Below are positions 1 through 13,800 of a stretch of 20,000 nt of DNA, piece by piece. The notes beneath the pieces were generated by a model. That model had not been told where the DNA came from, did no database searches, and saw nothing but the letters and a program-made list of their open reading frames with translations. Position 1 is the first letter of the stretch, and each line of letters starts with the position of its first letter. Origin of the DNA: Trichoplax sp. H2 (Eukaryota); the NCBI GenBank assembly GCA_003344405.1, contig NOWV01000274.1:51505-71504 (forward strand), read 5' to 3'. The position numbers were made by a program, and so were the translations under genes.

Positions 1-2821
1 GATTCTAGTAGCGATACCGGACTAGTTGAGGATTTAATTAAAGAGTTTAGTCAGCATTCATTACAAACACCACAATCAAGCGATCAGGAAGAAGCTATCA
101 AGGATGAAATCCTATCTGTAAAGAACCTTGGTAGTCATCACACTCGCGCTCCTGAAACAAGTGATAGTACATCTTTGAAAATGCCAACTGTTGATAATTT
201 CCAATTTACCAGTCTAAGAAACTACAGTCCGCCAAATAAAGATATTTACCATTCACCGACACAAGAGGACAATAACGAAAGCGTAGCATCGTCAGGTAGA
301 CACGTATACTGTGCTAAGATTATATTTTGAAAAAGATTGCATTGTCTGACCGATAAAATACAACAGTTGTCAAGGGAAAGTATACGGAAACTTTTAACTT
401 GTGTTATAAATTACTGTAGACGATTCTACAGTGTTACAGGCATTTAGTGAAGATCGACCATCTAGCAGACGTCGATTAAATATGGATCAAGTTGTTGAAC
501 CTATTGAAAATCCTCAGAGTGTGGATGATGTTGATGATGCTAAAATTCGGTCGTCATATGAAATTAAAAGGGCCTCTCCCAGTCGCATTGTAATTGCCAG
601 ACCTCAATACATATTTGACGATAGTATGGATCCATTCGATACTGATGATAGCATTGAGACCGTGCCAATGAGAAATGATTTTTCATCCGAAACGATTAGT
701 AAAGAGCAAATTGCTCCAATACGGGCTTGGATGGAACTTCATGATATCAACGTAAGAGATTAGTTTTCTTCGTATGTAGATATTTGCGTATGTAAGAGAG
801 ATTACTGAATCGTTGAATACTTGTAGATTATGTCTACAAACTAAAGTGTGAAGACGCGGATAATGATTTACGTGTTAATATTTTATTGGTTGTCAGCGTA
901 ATCTGAATAATTTTCTCTCGCAGTTTGATAAGGTATCAGCTATAGCGAAGGGATTCTTGACACGTTTATTGATTCGAACGGAAAGAGTGCAAGCTATCAT
1001 TCAAACCATTAAGGTAACTCTATTACAGCATATAACAGACCTTACCTGAATATAGTATTGCTCCACTAAGTCCTTTATATTAATGTAGGATTCGAACCTC
1101 GTCTTGCATAGCTTAAAAGATGACGTAGGCAATACGCGTTCATCTATTCGAGACTTTACATTCAGGGAGCGAATCCTTTCGCAAGTACTATATTATAATT
1201 CTATACAAGCATAGATTCTTACAACGTAACGGCAGTTGAGATGACTGCTTCTCTCATTCTGTGGATTTTTTAGCTCAAAGCCGCTCGGTATTCACTAAAT
1301 GATATCTTTATATCGGCTCCTTCGCACGTACGGATGAACATAATTGCAAATGATAGATTAACCAAGGTTGGTTTTGATCTGTATTATGACAACGTGGATG
1401 TTGTATTTTTAACATTTAATAAATTATTCGCAGGAGATTTGTTAATGATTACAATAGTTTCGCTACTTATTTGATATTCTTACTGCAAACGGGAAAATTG
1501 CTAGTATTAAAGTTAGTAAATGTAATCAGTAAGGCTCTAAACGCTGTTAAACTCGTTTCAACAGAATTCTCGACAGTCGTCAGCGAAGAGTAAGCCATTG
1601 GGTCTAAGTCGAGCAACGCGAATATCTCTTAACAGACGTCTGAAGTCTGCGTATCCTGAACTTTATCTTGATACAACTTTTAGAACGTGTACACAAGTTC
1701 CACTGCTCACGCTATCAAGTCAAACTTTGCAGAACTTATGAATTCATTAGATCTGCTATACACGTATACATGTATTATACCTATGCTGCTCATTCCACAT
1801 ACGTAGATTTAATCAATTCTTCCTTGACTGCATAAGCAACAGTAGCAATAAAACAACTGAAAGTTCTAAGAAAGAAAAATCAAAAATTTTAACGAGGTTA
1901 GAAAAGTAGGCTTTTATCTATTTTCACACACGTTTTATCCTACTTACCATTAGACTGCTTTATCAGTCGTATATTCACTTGTTTACAACAAAATGTGTAT
2001 GGGTTTCTTTCTGTCTTCTTATGTATAGTTTTACTATTCAGTTTATTCAAAATCTTTATGTCAATCATTGTATTCTCCCTTAATGACTTTCTTGTAACCG
2101 AAATAGTTTTCCTCAGCCTGAGCAAAGTGTTCAATCGCCTTATCTTCGTGGTAATAAAAGGTGAGTGAATTTATGGCACACTTTGAAAAATTAAAAACTA
2201 CGAGCCTGCTGTGTTGATTGCTTTACACTATTTGATCTATATCGCTTTGTGTATAAAAATGAGCACTCTGTAGATTTGTCTTTATGACATCATTTTGTTA
2301 AGTACTTATCAATCCGCAATAATCTATTCCTTTGCTATGGTCATGTTACTATTAGAATTTTTGGCTCTAGTAACACTCCAAATGTAGCTCGTGCATCGCA
2401 ACATAATCGATCCCCTACTGTAATATTAGATTTAGGGTATGTTCCATGAAATGTTTGAATTATTTAGGTTATTTCATTCAATTGTTTATTGCAATATCTT
2501 TTATGCTGATTTTCTACGTTATCTTTGCCTTCTATAAAACTTAGACATAAACGTCATTTAGAATCGGATCCTGTACAATTAAAGAAATCTCGTCCTGCGT
2601 CGGCCATCATAGAGCGTGGATACAACAAAAAGAGTGTTGCTGACCGTGTTACTCTAAGTAGTGAATTTTTAAGGCGAAATAAACTCGATCAGTCACCAAA
2701 GACTGTTTCACCCTATTCAAGAAAAAAAGGCACGCCGAAGAACTTAAATTCTAAATTTCCTAAAAAGACTAATTATGGCGGAGCTATACCACTGGCGCGA
2801 AATATTTCCAAGAAGATCTAA
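1..2821 (+). CDS. CCP110: Centriolar coiled-coil protein of 110 kDa (CP110)-like, 3' partial, 10 exons
   Basis: Manual splice model join(<1..295,420..751,924..1013,1089..1184,1274..1366,1565..1650,1837..1896,2107..2160,2356..2436,2545..2821). All introns are GT-AG and phases are consistent. Exons 3-6 translate to FDKVSAIAKGFLTRLLIRTERVQAIIQTIK-DSNLVLHSLKDDVGNTRSSIRDFTFRERILSQ-LKAARYSLNDIFISAPSHVRMNIIANDRLTK-NSRQSSAKSKPLGLSRATRISLNRRLK. This matches, from memory, the conserved CP110 C-terminal block (AKGFLTRRL...ERVLAQLRAALY.IHDIFF...RMSIL..DR...LSAAT.KSL.RK). The small exons between 1837 and 2436 are less certain (e.g. alternative acceptor giving a start at 2371). Confidence 0.85.
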
Positions 2822-4039
2822 GAATAGTTTTAATTTATTAAGCATTCATTTTGTAACGCTAATTAATCGACCTGTTTATTTATAACATGACCCCTTGGTA
2901 ATTCTTATTGCAGATTATTTTGCTACCAGTCTTTAGGTACTCATGAGAGATACATATAGCTATTATATGACACAAAGTATGCTTAGTTGCGAAAAATCCC
3001 TATCTTTGAGTTGCGTTTACTGTGATTGTACATATTATAATATTATCCAATTTTTTACTCGTCAAAATTTATTCATTGATACATACAGAAAAGTGATTTT
3101 CACTGCCAGAGTCTTCCTTCTAATTAAATGCTAGGCTATCTGTATGTTTAAATAGCCATATTGCTCAACCATTTTATATTTGTATTTGCAATCTTTGTAC
3201 ATATACACACATAAATTTATATATTTCGAAATCCTTTGCCATCGTTGTTTGGTAATCTGTTACCAATGACTAATCTCACATTTGAATATTGTAATGCGAA
3301 TCTAACTGTTGTGGAATGCGTTTCTTATTATTAGAGAAGTGATGTCGCATAATTAGTATGCTACTGTACGTTGCAAATAAAGTTTATTTCAACTTGATAC
3401 ATTCGTTTGATTTGACCAACAAGTTATGGATGCGTGCCTATATCGTAATTTTATTATACGGGTATATGTTACTTGCAAAAGAAATTAAATATGTGTCGGT
3501 AAATAGGAAAATATCTAGTGCTGACTATTACAAAGTTCCTATAGATATAATAGTACAAGTTCTATGATGATTGAAAGCGTTATGATCCGCATGCTATCGC
3601 ATTAAACTACTGTTACCCTAACAAATATTTTATCAAGATTTATGTTATAGTCTGCATTTTAACTATGGATTAGCGGCAAAAGTCTTGCTTGGTTTAATTA
3701 ATTACGTATTTATATAAAATCATTGCCCAAAGAAATTAATTCGCCAAAACCTTTAATGTACGTACATTAATCCGTCCAAAAACTCATTTCTGTACCTCCT
3801 TCGATATATTTTAGATTTAAATGTGTCAGAAATTAGAATAAGTGTTTATTAATTTATTCCGGTATCTTACTTTCAAACTAGTATTTAAATGAACTGATTT
3901 GAGGATCAGCTGATTTCCTTCTACCACTGTAAACAAGCAATTTATTCTATTTAATTTCGGTGCATTGTTCGTTATATTATTTCCGTATAGAAATTGACTA
4001 TTAACCATAATGATGCTAATTAAAAGACATCAATTGATG

Positions 4040-4660
4040 ATTAATAACATTATAATCTGCTTTGAGTAATAGTAAATTAAATCGACAAAAAATTGAAGTA
4101 AAGTATTTTCTGATTGAGTTCTATCATAACTTGAAAGAGCTAAGCAATACCGACAGTATTAATAGTGAGCATTATAACGTCTTTTTAGCGCTTCATGACA
4201 TCACATTCTATCTTAAGTAAAGACTGGTAGTCAATTGGATCGATAAATTATTCAAGCCAATTAATAAACTGGCCGGGGCTTATTTCTGGATAGACTTTGC
4301 AATTAATTTCAATTTTGCCTATTGCGAGATATGCTGTACATCGATGATTCATCACATTACTATCTGCCTTGCGTAATAGTTAACTACAAAATGATAAATT
4401 AGACGTTGGAATATCGGAGTAAACAGATGAACAAACCAAATTCCATTGTTACTCAATAGTGGATTGCTTCATGCAAGTCTCAATAGTGTTTTATTCATAA
4501 TACCTCTATGTATCAGTGATCCATGATATTTTAATCTGCCTTTAAGACTGGTTAATTCGACCGATAAATTCTCCAAGTCAATAGATTGAATCCTATTATT
4601 ACTCAATAGAGCCATTCTGTTAGTTTAATAGCACTTCTAATACCTACATGATATTTTATC
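4040..4660. repeat. Degenerate, mosaic ~125-170-bp direct repeats in the intergenic region
   Basis: Shared blocks: CATCACATT at ~4199 and ~4350; ATCTGC(C/T)TT at ~4055, ~4362 and ~4534; AAGACTGGT...CGATAAATT...CAAG.CAAT at ~4220 and ~4544; TTACTCAATAG at ~4449 and ~4599; CATGATATTTTA at ~4522 and ~4647. Confidence 0.55.
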
Positions 4661-7600
4661 ATATTCAAGTTTACCTTGAATATCATCCTTAAAAGCATAT
4701 AGAAACAAATGTCAACCCACCAGAACGGACTATCGAATAATCAAGCCTAACTTATCTTAAAGGTAAAAATCGATTCCTTTTATCATGATTAGTCCTGAAT
4801 CAAAAGCATTAAATTATTGATATATTGTATAGTCTATATTCATTTTAAATAGAATATTTTTACTAAATCATTGAAAGTATTTCGCGCGTAAGCGATCTAC
4901 CGAGACATGGTAGTATTTTAATTGACAATCTTTTATTTTTTTCTATTTTTATTCATTAATACACTAATGCAGACAGTGGATTATTATTTATTTGGCCATT
5001 TCCTCTTGGCGTGGGATACAGCCTACATGACAACATCATTCCGCAGATGGTTTACAAACTAGCAACGATGCCACACATATTGTAATGGCTTTGTCATTTT
5101 ATTGTTATTCTGTTAAAATAAAATTACAAGTGGAGAGACGAAGACAATAGTCGATGGCTGTACAACTAGACGACTCTTGATTTGTATTGTATTTTATCAT
5201 CAAAAGAAAACATAAAGATTATTTATTATCAAGTTAAATTAAGAATGATAGTATTAAATGTAAATTATTCAATACATTAGCGGAACAATATAAATTATTG
5301 CTTCATTTGATGTTGACAACTTTACTCATTATTTTGCCATTTTTAATTATCGCTATAGCGTCATCTAGCTATACGTAATATCGGCCTAATCTCTCGTATA
5401 ACTGGATAAACACCAATCTATTTAGTATTACTTTTATTAAGTAGAAAGAAAAGTAGCGTCTTATATCGCAAGATATATATATACAATGCTAGCGTGTTGT
5501 TTTGCCTTGTAATGCGCACGATGAAATACGCTAAATAACGCGAGGATGGCTAAGAATAATTGATAATGAATTTGATCATGGAAGGCCAAAATGAACCCAT
5601 GAATAAACTAATATTAATCATTGTCGATCGACAGGATACATCAAATCTTCCTGTCCATAGGTGTTATCATGACTTTACTGAATAGTTGTAATCATAAGCG
5701 AATATGTAAAGTAATTAACGCGATGGATCAGCGAGGTTATTATTCATTGTAAAATAGACCACAAGATGTAATTCAGATGGAAAGAAAGAAGTAAATTACG
5801 GTACTCTACTTTTAATATAAGTATAGAATGTATTTGCGGCTAAAAGGAGCATGTTGTCAATCATTCTGCATCATCCAATTGTAGATTAATATCAAACTGT
5901 AGACCAATGCGGAGCAAGGATGTAGAGTTAAATCTCACAGTAGGAAGTTCCTAAAACTTTACGGTATCTATACGAGACGATATCTGTCGTAGAGCTTAGT
6001 ACCTTTCCTATTGCTATAATATATGAATAATAATCATGATCATAGTCATGACTTCTTGATATGATGACCTGATAAGAAAATTTTCTTTTGAATGATTATT
6101 AAGTTAATTAGGTATAATTAATAATACAGCATCACCAGATCTTATTTTGCAGAAATAATGTCGTAACTCAAATTACCCCTACATATTCATTTCATTTTAC
6201 AATTGGAACTGCAGATACCGTCGGCAATAATCTGCATTCGTATTGGATCAAAATTACTATTTTCTGCCATTAGAAAGGATATGGTACCCTTTTATAGCTT
6301 GTTATCGGACGAATTGCCAATGAATTTATTCGTAGTCTTTACAAGTTAACAATGTTCCGGGGCTTTCTTGCTATTGAGTACACAAGCTAAAAGGGTCTAA
6401 ATACACATACAAACCGCATACTTTAAAATAAATACTAACGAGCAAGATATTAATCCATCAATTGGAACGAGTGTATTTGAGAAGGACATAGATCTTCTAA
6501 AATCAAAGTTGTAGTCCAACATGAATACCCCTAGCTCCTAATAAGAGTCAGTTTGATAAAAGCGAATTTTATGTCTCCAAGGCTATGACACCGTGTTTAT
6601 AAGCGTCAATAAGCTATTTTCTACGGTTGATAAAATAAGGTCTCAATTTCAACCGAAGCTAACAAGAATCAATAATTGTAAGTAAACACTGAGGTCGTTG
6701 CCTATTTGCATATTCTATAGACTATTTTGCTTTGCTACGTTGAAATTGTTGATCCATTTGTATCATTCATATAGGCCTATCAGCACTTATTTTAACCTTT
6801 TTTATCCCATCTAATCTTCCCTAGATCATTTTTCTACGTCTAGGAAGAAAGATTTCCTTTCATGAGGATTACTAATCTTATCTAGTCACGGAATTAGTAT
6901 ACCATCATCTCGATTGCACTTCGACATCTATGGCGGACTGGACAACCAGACAAGGAGAAGAAGCCTATGTTGCATAAACTCTTAGCGTGTTTCTCCGTCT
7001 ATAGAACACCAGGGAGGATATTATACTAAAACTAAAATGCATCGGTGTCTACTCGAGTAATTCTCTATACCAAACACTTGCATACAATATCCTGATTGTG
7101 CTGTAAAGTAATCATTTCCGTCCATGCCGAATTGCCGCGATGTCCGACTATCACGATACAATTTGCTATCCTTTGCATTGATGCACTCGACACTTTACTA
7201 CTGTCATTTCCTGGAACTTTGAGGCGGAGACAAAAAGTAATTAATATTCAACAGTGATCACTGCATCCAAGCCAAATACAACACATGAATAATACATTAG
7301 AACTAAAGGCTTGTTATTTTTTCATCGATTGATCAAGACTAACGATACAATCTAGTTGGAAGCTAGTGTGATCTATTCTCCTATCGAATCCATTATCGAC
7401 TTAGAGCCATCGTCCATGATGCAATAATATGGTGGTAGTGATGTTTTGGTTATCGCCGTCGAGGAAATAATTAATCGATTTAGATTAGATGTTGATTGTT
7501 TAGTTAACAAGGAAACGCTAAATTTCAACTGAATGATTCATGATTGCCGTAGTCTAGAGTCAACATATTGATCAAGGTTGAGCAAGTTAATAACTGTCAA

Positions 7601-7896
7601 TTTATAGAGAGGAAAAAGGGGCAGGAGAAAAAACGATTAATTACGTTGATCTAACCGATTTAGTGTATTTTCCACTCTTGAACTTCATCGTTTTAACATC
7701 GATCAAGAATAATATTATTGGTTTTATTTCGTATCATTTTGGGATCCATTTCATCTATTAATATCCACGATATTGTTCTATAGATTAAGGTTGAGGACAA
7801 CTGCAATAGAAAAAGAAATGAGACCATCGGTAATCAAAATTCATTAAATTTAATTATCCATCTTTACTAAACTATAGAATCTATAATTTAAAAAAT

Positions 7897-10800
7897 ATGG
7901 CGAGTCTTCAAGCTGTTAAAAGTCGACAACAAACCAACGCCCAACACACTACCGTAGGTAATGTCAATAGTCCTACAAGTAATGCTAATCATCATGGCAG
8001 CCGTAGTAAAAGCTATCAAGAAAATGGACATCACCCCCATGGTGATACGACACCGATAGTTAATCATCGTCATGATGGAAATTCGCGTCAGAAAAGGATA
8101 GAAAATAGACGTCAACAAGAATCACCAGACCGGGAAAATAATACTCCATCTAATTCTAATTCAACAAAGCGACAAAAATCATCTTCTCATCATGAAATTA
8201 TCAATCTTAATCGTCGCTCTACCAAAGATTCCCTACCCAATCATACAACAAATCATGGACGTCCATCGGATTCACATCATGAGAATAATGACTTAATAAC
8301 GGTTAATAACGGTAGCGATATCGTCAATTTAATTCATCAATTGGTAATTTTACGCAAGAAATTTGCAAAATTACAAGACGAATGCAAGGAAAAACTACGT
8401 CTTAATGGAGGAGCATCTTCTGACGAAGCAACTGGTAAGATTATCAGTCATAACACCCCAACATTGATCGTAGGTGGCCTTACAACCTTCTTTATTATTG
8501 ACCATATTGAATTTTGATGTCATCATCAATGCAATTTATCATAACATTGACTAAAACAAACTACCGCAATCTTGATCGACATGATAGAAAGAGTTTTAGA
8601 AGAGTCTATTTTAAACGCTTCTTCTTTCCTATCACTGTGTTTTCCCCTTATTTTAATGTTTGATTTTGATTATATCCAACGTTTTTTCAACTTAGCGTTA
8701 GAAATTTCCATAGAATCGAGACTTTGCCCTTATACTTTTATTAACCTACGTAGCAATTGGATGACAAGATTGTTTACTTAACAAAATGGAGTCTAGAAAT
8801 AAGACATTTAAATTTTCGATCAAAAGTCTTACAAAAAACTTAATTCAATCATAGCAGTTGATCGCCGTTATTATGACTCAATTCGACAGTTCTTTATTAT
8901 AATATTTCTTCATTTTGCCATGAAATCGCCATGTATTTGTCGCTCTTTGTTCATCATGGCTAACAGGAGGTCTTAAACTCTGCAGTCTATCACCTTACCC
9001 CATACAGTTTAGTTAATTGATTTGAACGTAGTTTCCTGTTGTGCCAACTGCCACTTACGGCAGCCTCATCAAAATAATAATAGTATCTCAAGGTAAACTC
9101 TATCTATCCATTCTTTCTGATCAAGTTTGATGTAATTAAGTTTTGACAGAATAGAAGATAAATCATTCATTTATTAATCTTATCAACATTTTTTAATTTG
9201 CTTGACACCAGTAGCCATTACAGAGTGTAAAATGGCGAGGGATAGAAATAGATTTTGATTTCTTCCTCTCTTTCTAGCAGAATTTCAATAAATCCAATTG
9301 TAGAGCTACTATAAATCGTTTAAAAATTTCATCGTTCATTTGCTAGATGTTGGACTTGATCAAATGTAATATGCGTAGATCAAACGTCTTTCGTGATTTC
9401 TTTATCGAGGCCGGAAAAGCTTGCGAGACGTCCATCACGCACTTAATAGTATTCTTTCGTTGCTTTATTCGTTAATCGTGATGGAAAGTAGTAAAGAGCA
9501 GAAATATCGAATACAGTGTGCTTCCAAGATATTTGTCACGTACTTTATATTCAATAGTATTCCTTCGTTGATAGACATGACGTATGCCGGCAATGGAGTT
9601 TTTATCCAAGTATCGATGGCAAAGTAGTCACGGTTCTCTGCCATTTTTTAGCTGAAGAATGTAGTAAGAGTAGAACGACTAAATATTACTTTCAAGCTAT
9701 TTCCTGATACCGTGAAGGCTAAATTTTTCAAGCAATGCTGCTTATCATCACGTACATAAGTCGCGTTTTAGGGGATTAATTCAATCCTTACTCTGTCTAT
9801 CCATGTATTAAAAGCAAGCCTCTTCATTCATCTACAATAAATTATAATAAGTCAAAGATGTAGAACTTTAATTTCTAATGCGATAGCTAATACCATTTGA
9901 TTACAAAATCGTATTCGCTAAATCGAGTCGATCGGAAGAGTTTGCTTCTTTATTGATAATGAATAGATGGTCTACGATATACTGTAGAATGACATGATTA
10001 TACTGAAATCACTAATGATAGATTATTCTACAACTTGGCGGTTAAAGCCTCTATAAAACAAATTGTAATTGACCTAACTCTAGATACTGTAAGCAGGCAC
10101 ATAGTAGGCTGTCCTCAATTTGAAACTGATTTAATATACTGATGATAATTTTTTAATCGTAATGATCTAAACTTAACGATGGTGCTTAACGAGGCCAATA
10201 GTTTTGATCCGTAAATTGCGAGATAGGCGCTAGCACTGTGCTGTGAAAATAGAATATAATGATAAAGATTACACTTGGATACAATAAAGTCAAGATTCTA
10301 TACTATATCAGTATTTTAATTTTTCTAAGAAGCTCAACTTACACCATTAGTTGAGATAAAGTAAGAATTAAAACGTTATTAGCATCTTTTTGCGTAATAG
10401 ATACTATACAGGAAGCATCGACAAGAAATTCAATATTTCTTCACACATTAGTATATTCGAAATTAGGGTCAATGTATCTAGGCTTGGGATTATCCGTCAG
10501 ATATATCCAATCGCTAACCAATATAGTCCAATATCTGTCTAACAGTTACGGTAAATAATCTACGTGTCTTAAAATTGATTCCAATCGAAAAGACCCACAG
10601 GGCAGATAATGGACTGACTGCTATTGCAAAAATAGTTCCGGTTTATGGAGTTTATTCTGAGACTAATCCACTGTTCATAGAATTATCGATAGTTTAAAAT
10701 GACTTTATGACACAAATTAGATATTAATAAATCATTCATCACCGTCAACAATTTATAAGGGATGCACACAATTTTTTTAGATGTAACATTTTGAGATCCA

Positions 10801-13800
10801 AAGAATTCAAATAAAGTTTTTGTTGCTAATTGTTATATTATTACCGCAAGTTGTGTTTTACATCGTTTATTTTAAAATTACTCGACTAATCATAGAATTA
10901 TTAGAATTTGAAATTGCCGAACAATTCAAATTATACGTTAATCAATAAAAATAAAAATCAAGCATCGGTGAATCAGTTTCCACTGTTAAAAGCAGTAATA
11001 GTTGTAGACAAATTTTCAACGATGACAATATGGGATGCAAGGACATCTATCAAATGTTATTTATTATCCATAATTATTTTTGTGAATAATGCTGAAGGAC
11101 ATTTAATAAGATTTAATCCATACATTTATGCAAGTTTAAGAACTGAAAAATAGAAAAGTATACTGGTCTTCAGATTGATTGATTATAGTGAATGGTATAT
11201 TTATGTACGGAATTGAATATTTACTGGTGCCTCACTTTTTATTGCGGTTAGAAAAACCGCAACTTTTAACAACTTCTACCAAGATACAGTTACATTTTGT
11301 TGCCCAACTTTAAGGATGTAGACTACTCACGAAGTAAAATTATGGATGTGTAACTGCTACAGTTATAACTTTACTCTAGATCATCGCTGTAAAACTGTTA
11401 AATTTTTTTCAAATCGCCTTCGCTATTTATCAATTTCATTAGCTGCGCTGATATACCTCTTAATAAACTTACCATACCTTGATTCTTTTCTTCAGCTTCA
11501 GAAACGGAATGTACAACAATTTTCAAGGAATTAAATAGTATTGAAGAAATGATATCATCGATTAAATCGTTAGTGGTTGATTATAATGCTGAATATAACT
11601 GGGAAACATCGGTAACAGGTTCGTATTTCATAAATCTGTCGCGAACTTCATCTTTTATATCATTTGAGTCTTTAAGAAAGCAAACATGTTGTTTAATGGT
11701 GATATCGAGAACTTTCTTGGTTATTTCTATATCTATAAAAATACAGAAAATAAAAGGATACTCTAAATTTTATAATTATAGACCAAAATGAGCAAACCAA
11801 ATCGCTGGTAGATGACTTAATACATATGCCAGGACCTCACACGGAAGATGCGGTAATCAAAATGCTTCATATGAGGCTGAAAGCAAAAGAATTACATGTA
11901 AGTAGCTGTAGAGCCTCTAAAGCAAAGCCCTTATCGTTAAATTTACCAGCCAGGCTTGATACAAATAATGCCTATCTGATCGTCTCGAAATTGACCTACT
12001 TCTTTATTTCTTTCATCAATCGATTAGTGTCGGATAGGACCAGTCTTAATTGCCTTAAACGGCTACTGGAAAAATGGACGTGATTTACATTGGTTAACTT
12101 CAGATTCGCCTGTTAGTAAAGATTATCCCTACTTATTAAATATTATTTATGAAGCGAGTCGTCGATTACAAGAAACAAAACGGCCTCAAGTTATTATTCT
12201 TAGGTAATATTGCTATAATTTTAGTTACCTACATTAGTATAAACTAGATACGATTGCAATACTTCTAAATTTCATTAGAGTAGTTAGTAAGCATATCAAA
12301 TGGGTTGATGCAATAGTAGAAATTTTGTGAAATTTTAATATGCCTTCAGTAGATCTTATATCACATAGTATTTGATAAAATTATTTATTTCTATATTGGT
12401 ACGTTTACCGATGTAAGAGCGTGTATGTGATCATAACAAATTTCTTTTCATCAATTGAAGTGGCGAAAGTGGCAGTGGTAAAACATTTACCTCAAGATTA
12501 ATGACCAAGATGTTTTTCGAGCACGTTGGTGGAGGTTTATCCAGCGAAATGTACAAAGTATGATAGCAATTTACTGTCATGATGGTAATTTTAATACTCG
12601 ATTTTCCTAATTTTCTAAAACATTTATTTCCTTTATAATTTGAAAAGAACGTTGCAGCGGCAATTACCGCCTTAGCTCCGTTAACTACAGCTAAAGTTGA
12701 TACAAATTTGGACTCAAGTCGAGTTGTGAGTACAATTATCATCCTTATTTCATTTCAATTTCTAACCTTATTAAATTGTAATTTGTCTATCTGGTAACAT
12801 AGGGCTACTTTACTGAAATTGCATTTTCGGAAGGACTAATTGTCAGTGGAAAACTGACCTATGTTTCGTTGGATCAGGTTAGGGAATATATTCCAATTTT
12901 CCAGGCTAAAAATTGTAACGTTGACTAAAAATATCACACGCCAATATCAATTTTATTCAACGCTTTTTAATATAATGAAAGTTGAACTCATTTTTTAATC
13001 TCTCTTGGAAGACACGCATAACTGCAACCTTGAAAGGCGAAGGAAATTATCATATATTTTATCATTTGCTGTCAGGATTATCTCAGGAAGAGAAAGGTAA
13101 GCATTTAAGAATTAATGGAAAATGATTAATGGTTTTGGCTATTTTAGTTTGCTTAAAGTTACATGAAGTGGTTAATAATAAGAACGCTTTCATTTTGAGT
13201 ATTCTCCATCTTTTCAATTTTCTATCTATAGTAAAATTTTATTTACAAGGCTATACAACGCGAAATTTAGCTTATTTGTCATCGAAGGATTTTGAGGAGT
13301 TAAATCCAAATAAATTAGCCTTTAATAAATGGAAGGTAACCATGATCCCTTATACTCCTATTTTGATCTTTATGCCTATAACAGCTTTAAATTACTTCTT
13401 CCTTCTATTTTTGTGCAATATTTTACCATATAAATTCTCTACGATCATATAATAAAATATTTTTATTGCTACCATTAGGCTGCTTTGTCATTATTGGGAA
13501 TAAAGTTTACTGATGTGGTTCATATCTTAGCTGCTATTCTCCTCCTTGGCAACGTCCAATTTTCTGACCCGGATGAAAAGGATCATAAATCATCTGGTAG
13601 TAATGGTAAAAATAACTTTTTAACCCTACAGTAAATTACTGTACTATAATATAACAATCCGCCAATGCTACCTTAGCACTATGGATTACTTAACAATCAC
13701 ATTTCAAAGCGATGGTAATAAACACCTTGGCTAAACATGAAATAATATCATTTTCTCACTTTCATTTTTGTGAAAAAGGGTCGTCTACGGAAGTTAAATC

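Noticed and set aside
3826..4730. Minus-strand spliced gene (AG/GT-bounded segments near 3871..3927 and 4674..4729)
   Set aside because: The segments do not join in frame without a stop and give no recognisable protein.
7784..7877. Extra coding exon upstream of the myosin ATG
   Set aside because: An acceptor-like TACTAAACTATAG ends at 7877, but the nearest donor (7830) gives a 48-nt intron and an in-frame stop. At most this is a 5' UTR intron.
7897..8517. Standalone 206-aa ORF
   Set aside because: A strong donor G|GTAAGA at 8435 is phase-compatible with the exon at 11496. The last ~27 codons look like intron read-through.
11242..11267. Rho-independent terminator-like hairpin followed by Ts
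   Set aside because: It lies in a eukaryotic intron and the T-run is short. Kept only as a possible transcription-factor palindrome.
2943..11534. Short hydrophobic ORFs at 2943, 3358, 8572, 9421, 10908 and 11346
   Set aside because: Their I/L/F/Y/N-rich composition is what random AT-rich DNA gives, and they have no motifs or consistent splice context.
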